This document shows, piece after piece, positions 25,662 through 32,000 of a DNA stretch of 32,000 nucleotides. Under the pieces are notes generated by a model. The model did not search any database and was not told where the DNA came from. It saw only the letters and a list, made by a program, of their open reading frames with translations. Both the position numbers and the translations under genes were made by a program. This DNA comes from Promethearchaeum syntrophicum (GTDB lineage: Archaea; Asgardarchaeota; Lokiarchaeia; Sigyniarchaeales; Promethearchaeaceae), in NCBI RefSeq assembly GCF_008000775.2, contig NZ_CP042905.2, positions 3,240,001 to 3,272,000 of the forward strand. Reading direction: 5' to 3'. Every line of letters starts with the position of its first letter. Within the stretch, counting starts at the first letter, position 1.

Positions 25662-27406
25662 AAAAAGAACCAGAAATCACGAAACATCATCCAAATCAGC
25701 AAGAATTAGGGACTTATTTTACTCCAACACCAGTGGCAGAATGGATATCATCCAGAGTCTTAGAGAGGCTATTTGTAAAACTAAAGGGAAATAGAAATAT
25801 TAAGATTTATGATCCAACAATTGGTGAAGGGGTATTTTTAACTGCTATTGTTAATAATTTAGAAAAATTGTTCATTAAAAAGCCTCAAACATTCGCAAAA
25901 ATTGAAAGGATTCAACTTTTTGGGTCTGATTTACAGAAAAAATATATTGATTTTTGCCTAAAATCAATAACAAAACTTATCTCAGAAAAATCTGGAATTA
26001 AATATGCTGTACCAAAAATTCTCAAAGCAGATGGATTCATAGAACTTTTAGATCACCCAAGAAATTATGATATCATTTTAGGAAATCCACCTTATATTCG
26101 CCAAGAAGCACTATCTATCAAACTAAAATCCAAGCTTAGAACTTCAATATCTTTGATTTATCCCGATTTTCAGGAAAAGATATCAAAACAAGCCGATTAT
26201 TATATATTTTTCATAATGGCCGGATATAGTGCTCTGAAATTGAACGGAATATTAGCGTTTGTAGTTTCTACAAGCTGGATGAATTCAAAATTTGGAAAAA
26301 ATTTCCGCAAATTCCTGATCAATCTCCCTGCGCGAATTACATTTGCCTTCTCTCCTAAAAAACGATTAATTTCTGATGTTAAAATTAACACTATGATTAT
26401 TTTCATTCAAAAAGAAAAAACTAAACATAAAAACTTCGAAATTCAAAAATTAAAATTATCAGATAACGGAATCCTAACATTATCTTCTTCTAAAAAAGTA
26501 AAACACGAAAAATTAAATCATATTTCTAATTGGGAAACATATTTCTTTCGATTACCCGCAGAATTTTTTAATATTTACAAACTTTTTTCAGAACATCTAA
26601 TCCCCCTAAATCAAATAGCCGAAGTAAAAACTGGAATCTATACCGGATTAAATGATTTCTTTTATATAAAAAGGGATAAAAAAGAGGATAAAAAAAATCC
26701 AAGACCTGGCTCACAATTTCTTTTTAATGTCATCCGTAGTCCTAAAAAAATTAATAATTGGGAAATAACTCAAGAAAACTTATCCCATCAACTATTTATT
26801 TGTCAAAAATCTAAAGAACACCTTAAAAAACAAGATATTGAAACTTTAAATTATATTTTATGGGGAGAAATGCAATCAACACGGCTTAAACAGAAAGTTA
26901 TTACAGAAATTTCATGGCCAAATGTGCCATCTGTAATAAATAGAACTCCAGGATGGTGGAGTTTTCCCAATGTTAAACCTACAAATGTTTTTTTACGTTA
27001 TATTTACTATCAAAACTTTCTTCAACCAATTTCTACTGTCCCAATTTTCAGTGATCGCTGTTTTCATCAAATTTACCCATATAAAGGAACAAATTATAAG
27101 AGGTTATCTTTAATATTAAATTTCGCTATAACCCAATTATTTATTGAAATAAATGGGCGCAATACATTAGGACAGGGGGCTCTTAAACTAGAAACAATGT
27201 CTGCCCGTATACTTCCTACTTTAAATTGTATTAATTTAGATGTTTGGGATACAATTCCAAATTTGGATTATTCACATTTACAAGAAATTGAGATTGCAAT
27301 TTATAAATCTCTTGGAATAAGAAATCCCAAAGAGATTTATAAACAAATTAATTCCATACATCATCATTTAGTCCAAAAAAGAATAAAAAAATCAATTAAC
27401 ATCTAA
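25658..27406 (+). CDS. N6-adenine DNA methyltransferase, gamma class (Eco57I/PglX-like methyltransferase-plus-TRD architecture)
   Basis: Motif X LGTYFTPTPVAEWI, motif I IYDPTIGEGVF, motif IV GNPPYIRQE (26084-26095). AFVVSTSWMNSKFG, TRD hallmark IAEVKTGIYTGLNDFFYI. The TTG start overlaps the upstream stop (TTGA). Confidence 0.85.
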   Translation: MKKEPEITKHHPNQQELGTYFTPTPVAEWISSRVLERLFVKLKGNRNIKIYDPTIGEGVFLTAIVNNLEKLFIKKPQTFAKIERIQLFGSDLQKKYIDFCLKSITKLISEKSGIKYAVPKILKADGFIELLDHPRNYDIILGNPPYIRQEALSIKLKSKLRTSISLIYPDFQEKISKQADYYIFFIMAGYSALKLNGILAFVVSTSWMNSKFGKNFRKFLINLPARITFAFSPKKRLISDVKINTMIIFIQKEKTKHKNFEIQKLKLSDNGILTLSSSKKVKHEKLNHISNWETYFFRLPAEFFNIYKLFSEHLIPLNQIAEVKTGIYTGLNDFFYIKRDKKEDKKNPRPGSQFLFNVIRSPKKINNWEITQENLSHQLFICQKSKEHLKKQDIETLNYILWGEMQSTRLKQKVITEISWPNVPSVINRTPGWWSFPNVKPTNVFLRYIYYQNFLQPISTVPIFSDRCFHQIYPYKGTNYKRLSLILNFAITQLFIEINGRNTLGQGALKLETMSARILPTLNCINLDVWDTIPNLDYSHLQEIEIAIYKSLGIRNPKEIYKQINSIHHHLVQKRIKKSINI

Positions 27407-27500
27407 TTTTTGAAATTTCATTTAATCGTAATATAATCTTTTTTAGCTAACTTTGTTAATCAAACATTATCGTTATTGCGATAAAAAATGTGAAAAGAAA

Positions 27501-30065
27501 ATGAAAAATAATTTAAAAATTAAGTATCTTCTTTCTTTAATTGTAATTTCAGGACTAGGTTTATCAATATTTACTCTTGAAACTGCTTCTGCTTTTGTTG
27601 GTGAATCTGGCTCAGAAGCATGGGTATTTACAGCCGGAGGGGGATTTGAATCAAGTCCAGCAATTGGGGATGTTGATGGGGATGGACAATTAGAAATAAT
27701 AATTGGATCCTTTGATGGATATGTTTATTGTTTAAATGCAACTGATGGAGTAGAAAAATGGAATTTCAACACTGGTGCAGCAATAGCATGTAGTCCTACG
27801 ATAGTAGATGCAAATCAAGATGGAGAAATGGAAGTGATTATTGGCTCAACCAATGATCAATTATATTGTATAAATGGAACCGATGGATTACAACTATGGG
27901 ATTTTTCCGCTAGTAGTATGTTTTTAGCTGGAATCTCTGCAGGTGATGTAGATAATGATGGTGATATAGAAGTTCTTGCGGGTTCTTTTGATGGAAATCT
28001 CTATTGTATAAATGGTTCCAATGGTGTAGAAAAATGGAATTTTCCAACAGGAGGAGGATGTTGGATTAGTTCCGCACCCAGCATTGGGGATGTAAATAGA
28101 GATGATCAATTAGAAGTCATCATTGGAGCAAGTGATGGTAGTGAAAATAATAAACATTATTGTGTAAATGGAACTGATGGAGTTCAGATATGGAATTTCA
28201 CTGCTGAAGCAGCTATGAGCTCTTGTCCAGCTATTGTAGATATAGATGGAGATAAGAAAATGGAGATATATATTGGTTCAGATGATGATAATCTATATTG
28301 TTTAAATGGAGCAAATGGAGTTCAGAAATGGAATTTTACAACTGCTGCAAGTGTAAGAGCTAGCCCTTCTATCGCCGATGTAGATGGAGATGGTTGTTTA
28401 GAAATTGTCATAACTTCATACGATGATAATGTTTATTGTCTAAATGGTTTAACTGGAATCATGAAATGGGTATACACTACGGGAAGTTTTATTGCTTCAA
28501 GCCCTGCTATAGCTGATGTTGATGGAGATGGATCTTTAGAAATTGTTCTGGGATCTAATGATCATAAAGTGCATTGTGTAAATGGAAAGACAGGAGTTCA
28601 TGAATGGAATTACACGACAGGTGGTAACGTATATTCAAGTCCCGCTATAGCTGATGTTGATGGGGATGGGAAGCTGGAAATAGTTGTGGCTTCTCAAGAT
28701 AATAAGGTGTATTGTTTGTTAGCTGGAGGAAATCCTTGGGCAATACCAGGCCCATGGCCGTGTTTAGGAGGATCACCTTTACATCATTTTAATATATATG
28801 ATCAAGATGGAGATGATTTACCGGATCATTTGGAAAATACAATTGATTTAGATCCTCAAAATGTTGATAGTGATTTCGATGGAATGCCTGATGATTGGGA
28901 AGTTTCTTTTATCTTAGATCCCACAGACGGATTAAATAATTTAACAGATAATGATGGAGATGGACTGAAAAATGTATGGGAATATGGTAATAGAACAATA
29001 CCTAGTAATTCAGATAGTGATGATGATGGTTTAATGGACGGAGATGAAATTAATCTGTATTTAACCAACCCCACAATTACTGATTCTGATTTTGATGGTT
29101 TATCAGATGGAAATGAAATATTTACATATTTTACTAATCCCATTAGTTCAGATACGGATTCAGATGAATTATTTGATGGGGATGAATTGAATTTATTTTT
29201 CACAGATCCAAATGATTTTGATAGTGATGATGATGAAATGCCTGATGGTTGGGAAATTTCTTATAATTTTGATCCAAATAGTGCTTCAGATGCAGCATTA
29301 GATTATGAAGGGGATGAACTAACAAACCTTGAAGAATATTATCATGATACAGATCCAACTGATTCAGACACAGATAATGATTGGATGCCGGATAACTGGG
29401 AAATTTTATATAATTTTGATCCAATTAATGCTTCAGATGCTGCATTAGATTATGATAGTGATGGATTAACAAATCTTGAAGAATATCTTCTGGATACTGA
29501 TCCAACTAATTCGGATTTAGATGGTGATTCAATGCCAGATAACTGGGAGATTTTGTATAATTTTGACCCATCCCTTGCTTCAGATGCGGGTTTAGATTTT
29601 GATGAAGATGGGTTAACAAACCTCGAAGAATATAATTATAATACAGATCCAACTGATTCAGATACAGATAATGATTGGATGCCAGATAACTGGGAAATTT
29701 CCTATAATTTCAGCCCAAACAATGCTTCTGATGCAGCTTTAGATTATGATGAAGATTTATTAACAAACATTGAAGAATTTCTTCTGGATACAGATCCTAC
29801 TAATTCTGATAGTGATGATGATGGAATGCCTGATGGATGGGAAATTGTTTATAATTTTGACCCAAATAATTCTTCAGATGCAGTTTTAGATTATGATGAA
29901 GACGGAATAACAAATCTTGAAGAATATAATCAAAATTCAAATCCAAATTCTAAAGAGGAAGAAAATTTAAATCCAACCACGATTATTGGCGCAGGAGCAG
30001 GAGCTATTCTTCTATTCGTTACTGCAGGGATTATAGGAGCTGCTATCGGCAAAAATAGTAAATAA
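27501..30065 (+). CDS. Large cell-surface protein: signal peptide, 8-blade FG-GAP/PQQ-like beta-propeller, thrombospondin-type-3-like Ca-binding repeats and a C-terminal TM anchor
   Basis: Signal-like N-terminus MKNNLKIKYLLSLIVISGLGLSIFTLETASA. Eight repeats of about 47 aa of the form SPAI(A/G)DVDGDG.LEI(V/I).GS.D..(V/L)YC(L/I)NG.(T/N)G...W(N)(F/Y). Then many DxDxDG(M/L)PDxWE...DP units. The C-terminus is TTIIGAGAGAILLFVTAGIIGAAIGKNSK. I prefer the ATG at 27501 over the track TTG at 27453. Confidence 0.85.
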   Translation: MKNNLKIKYLLSLIVISGLGLSIFTLETASAFVGESGSEAWVFTAGGGFESSPAIGDVDGDGQLEIIIGSFDGYVYCLNATDGVEKWNFNTGAAIACSPTIVDANQDGEMEVIIGSTNDQLYCINGTDGLQLWDFSASSMFLAGISAGDVDNDGDIEVLAGSFDGNLYCINGSNGVEKWNFPTGGGCWISSAPSIGDVNRDDQLEVIIGASDGSENNKHYCVNGTDGVQIWNFTAEAAMSSCPAIVDIDGDKKMEIYIGSDDDNLYCLNGANGVQKWNFTTAASVRASPSIADVDGDGCLEIVITSYDDNVYCLNGLTGIMKWVYTTGSFIASSPAIADVDGDGSLEIVLGSNDHKVHCVNGKTGVHEWNYTTGGNVYSSPAIADVDGDGKLEIVVASQDNKVYCLLAGGNPWAIPGPWPCLGGSPLHHFNIYDQDGDDLPDHLENTIDLDPQNVDSDFDGMPDDWEVSFILDPTDGLNNLTDNDGDGLKNVWEYGNRTIPSNSDSDDDGLMDGDEINLYLTNPTITDSDFDGLSDGNEIFTYFTNPISSDTDSDELFDGDELNLFFTDPNDFDSDDDEMPDGWEISYNFDPNSASDAALDYEGDELTNLEEYYHDTDPTDSDTDNDWMPDNWEILYNFDPINASDAALDYDSDGLTNLEEYLLDTDPTNSDLDGDSMPDNWEILYNFDPSLASDAGLDFDEDGLTNLEEYNYNTDPTDSDTDNDWMPDNWEISYNFSPNNASDAALDYDEDLLTNIEEFLLDTDPTNSDSDDDGMPDGWEIVYNFDPNNSSDAVLDYDEDGITNLEEYNQNSNPNSKEEENLNPTTIIGAGAGAILLFVTAGIIGAAIGKNSK
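29220..29948 (+). repeat. Five in-frame tandem repeats (141, 147, 147, 147, 147 bp) inside the surface-protein gene
   Basis: Unit starts are at 29220, 29361, 29508, 29655 and 29802. Units 2 and 4 (DSDTDNDWMPDNWEI...) are most alike (roughly 85% at DNA level by eye), giving a 294-bp A-B super-period. Confidence 0.85.
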
Positions 30066-30085
30066 GCAAATAATTCAATCGTTAG

Positions 30086-30104
30086 TTTTTTTTATTCTTT
30101 TTTT
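30086..30104 (+). terminator. Oligo-T tracts (T8 and T7) after the surface-protein gene
   Basis: T8 at 30086-30093 and T7 at 30098-30104, 20-40 nt after the TAA, in the convergent gap before the nucleoside phosphorylase gene. Confidence 0.35.
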
Positions 30105-30118
30105 CTAATTTATTATGA

Positions 30119-30895
30119 TTAAAGTAATAAACAAGCTTCAACTGCAAGCCAAAAAATTCTTTCCCTTAACGTCATACCAGCATATTTTTTTTCTAATTGG
30201 AAGAAATTACTCCATTCATCCCCACTTACATCATCGCTTCCGTATAAAATTTGACCAATAATTACTCCCCGAAAATTTGCGACAGCAAAAAGAGCCGCCG
30301 CCTCCATTTCAACAGTTGAACAACCTTCTTCTTTTCGTAGTGCAATTTTAGCTGGAGTTTCACGATAGAAGGCATCTGTGGTCCATGTTTTTGAAAGTAT
30401 ATATTTTACGTTATGTTTCTTCAAAGTTTTTTCAATCGCTTCAATAGCTTTTGCGTTTGCTTCAACTTCCCTGGAAGGGGGGAGATAATGATATGACGTA
30501 CCCTCATCTCTTACTGCGGAAACGGGAATAAGCAAAAAATCCTTTAAGCTTTTATCGAGTAAACCGGAGCTTCCACACACAATAAAATTCTTACAACCCA
30601 AAGCAATTACATATTCGAAAAGAGCTGCAGATAATGGGGCACCCAGTCCACAATGAAACATTACAAACTTTCCTCCCTCGTTAATGACTTCATATATAGG
30701 GTGTTCACCAATTTCACTATGTTCAATATCAATTACTCTTGCTTTTCCATCTTTTACTAATTTATCAATGATTTCTTGAAAGAAAGTTATAATACACGCC
30801 TTGGGAATGTCAATCGGTTTAATTAATTCGCTAGGATTGAGTAAGGCTTTTTGGTTTGGATCGAATTCTAAAATAGGAAACTTTTTTTTTAACAT
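30119..30895 (-). CDS. Nucleoside phosphorylase, PNP/UDP family (uridine or purine nucleoside phosphorylase-like)
   Basis: GCSTVEMEAAALFAVANFRGV (E-M-E-x-A-A motif), FHCGLGAPLSA and VCGSSGLL. I prefer the ATG at 30895 (MLKKKFPILEF) over the track TTG at 30922. Confidence 0.8.
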   Translation of the reverse strand: MLKKKFPILEFDPNQKALLNPSELIKPIDIPKACIITFFQEIIDKLVKDGKARVIDIEHSEIGEHPIYEVINEGGKFVMFHCGLGAPLSAALFEYVIALGCKNFIVCGSSGLLDKSLKDFLLIPVSAVRDEGTSYHYLPPSREVEANAKAIEAIEKTLKKHNVKYILSKTWTTDAFYRETPAKIALRKEEGCSTVEMEAAALFAVANFRGVIIGQILYGSDDVSGDEWSNFFQLEKKYAGMTLRERIFWLAVEACLLL

Positions 30896-30958
30896 TATGA
30901 CCAATACATTAGAATTGAGCAAAAAAAATATAAATTTTACATTTTTCGATTTACAAAT

Positions 30959-31654
30959 TTAAGTTGTGGAATTAAGTGTCCAATTATATTGAAAGTATTT
31001 AATTTTTGCATGATCTAAGTTTTCAATTGGTCCTTTCCAATATTTTTTAATAAAAGGTACAATCCCGCCAGCCCATTTTTTAAAATCATTTTTATACCAT
31101 TTGAAAATCGGATTTAAACTAAGAATTTTTGAGGTCTCATCAAATTTAACTTGGGTGAGATTGTTCACAAAATTAAATGATACATTTTCTAATAATTCAT
31201 TTAAATTTTCTCCTTCAAATAAGCGTCCGTAAAGTACAGGACAACTTGAGGACCCACAATTAATTGCGAAATGAACACGGGGATCTTTAAACTTTCGTCT
31301 GATTATTTTCGTTTCTAGTGCTGATAAACTCATCGATTTTCCTGCAATTTTATATTTTCTTAGAACGAAAAATTTCATCCTACTAAATGTTGTTAAATTA
31401 CCTTTCCATTGTTTATTTTTCTTTAATACATCCATAACTGCTTTAATAGTGAAGAGATTATATGCATTTAACCAGAAAGCAAATTCATCATCATGAGAAA
31501 GCGCGCTCACATCCTTTGATTCAAACTCTTTGATTTTATCTAGAAACCAAGTATCATTTTTAATTCGATCATAGTCAACATTATGGTTTTCATCAAGATA
31601 ACGTCCCAATTGAGATAAATTAGAAACATCGTTCGTCGTTTTAGTTTTATTCAT
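30959..31654 (-). CDS. DUF547 domain protein
   Basis: FAFWLNAYNLFTIKAV and RVHFAINCGSSSCPVL are the two DUF547 hallmark blocks as I remember them. Confidence 0.8.
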   Translation of the reverse strand: MNKTKTTNDVSNLSQLGRYLDENHNVDYDRIKNDTWFLDKIKEFESKDVSALSHDDEFAFWLNAYNLFTIKAVMDVLKKNKQWKGNLTTFSRMKFFVLRKYKIAGKSMSLSALETKIIRRKFKDPRVHFAINCGSSSCPVLYGRLFEGENLNELLENVSFNFVNNLTQVKFDETSKILSLNPIFKWYKNDFKKWAGGIVPFIKKYWKGPIENLDHAKIKYFQYNWTLNSTT

Positions 31655-31712
31655 ACTAATAAAGTAAAGTGAGATTTCAAAAATCCTTTGGCTAAATCAT
31701 ATAGGAGAATTA

Positions 31713-32000
31713 TCAAAAAAGAAGAATTTTAATAATTTTTGGCAAAATATACCAATTTCTAATAGTAAGACCCAAAGCAAATCGTATAAATTCACGATTA
31801 AAAAGTAATTTTCGAACTAATTTCAAGGGAAAATCCATATCGGCGTAATTTTCAACAATTTCCTGCAAATCTCTTGAATTCAAATACATACAAAAAATTT
31901 GATTAAAATCTTCGGATTTGAGTTCCATTAAAATTATCCTTATAAGAAAATGTAATCGCAACTCAGCCCCAATGCTACGTTTAACCAGTTTTTCATAGTT
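31713..32000 (-). CDS. Hypothetical protein, C-terminal part; the frame stays open to the right edge
   Basis: The track starts at a TTG (31961), but my translation of 31962-32000 in the same frame (NYEKLVKRSIGAE) has no stop. The gene probably begins outside the window. No family recognised. Confidence 0.4.
   Translation of the reverse strand, partial: NYEKLVKRSIGAELRLHFLIRIILMELKSEDFNQIFCMYLNSRDLQEIVENYADMDFPLKLVRKLLFNREFIRFALGLTIRNWYILPKIIKILLF

Noticed and set aside
24758-26406. Minus-strand ORFs 24758-25090, 25505-25702 and 26200-26406 inside the methyltransferase genes
   Set aside because: I considered them as a hidden nuclease or controller gene, but they are antisense to motif-bearing methyltransferase sequence, are Ile/Phe/Ser-rich as expected from AT-rich antisense, and have no HTH or nuclease motif.
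27924-29424. Minus-strand ORFs 27924-28109, 28856-29203 and 29200-29424 inside the surface-protein gene
   Set aside because: They are by-products of the repetitive GAT/GAA-rich sense strand, since antisense ATC/TTC codons lack stops. The sense frame has clear repeat architecture.
1-32000. CRISPR arrays, IS elements, integrases, prophage genes and rRNA/tRNA
   Set aside because: I scanned the intergenic regions and the ORF list. There are no regularly spaced direct repeats, no transposase, integrase or recombinase-like ORF, and no RNA gene signatures.

Overview
AT-rich window (about 30% GC by eye; conserved enzyme genes about 40%, accessory genes 17-30% in hand-sampled lines). It is densely coding on both strands, with about 33 protein genes. 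I found no rRNA, tRNA, CRISPR array, transposase or integrase. The gene families (IorAB, Lrp/AsnC, HdrD-like CCG proteins, flavodiiron protein, MNT/HepT pairs) and the K/I/N-rich proteins suggest an anaerobic archaeon, possibly Asgard/Lokiarchaeia-like. That placement is inference only. Layout: (1) 1-7214: partial aminotransferase, ferredoxin-fused etfA with etfB, a TPR protein with a longin/roadblock-like C-terminus, acyl-CoA dehydrogenase, a DUF59-like protein and a CoA-type Nudix hydrolase. (2) 7227-12245: iorAB plus an Lrp regulator, bracketed by two MNT-HepT toxin-antitoxin-like pairs. (3) 12253-16168: radical SAM protein, helical-repeat protein, and a secreted caspase-fold protease sitting between two unusually long noncoding stretches. 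(4) 16169-22716: flavodiiron protein, two HAD hydrolases, and two tandem HdrD-like Fe-S/CCG proteins with a small 4-TM protein. (5) 22723-27406: a small-molecule-type methyltransferase and two translationally coupled gamma-class N6-adenine DNA methyltransferases with no nuclease. (6) 27501-30065: a large surface protein with an 8-blade FG-GAP/PQQ-like propeller, thrombospondin-type-3-like Ca repeats and a C-terminal TM anchor. (7) 30119-32000: nucleoside phosphorylase, DUF547 and a partial ORF. Most notable non-obvious signals: a ~120-150 bp noncoding element present upstream of both etfB and acd (103/120 identical); a HepT reading frame with no start codon, sitting +1 to its MNT partner right after an A6 run; a repeated hairpin element flanking the caspase-like gene; the nuclease-less methyltransferase pair; and the HdrD-like pair plus membrane subunit, which may be the electron outlet for the Acd/ETF module. 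No claim here was checked against a database. All identities and counts were made by hand.
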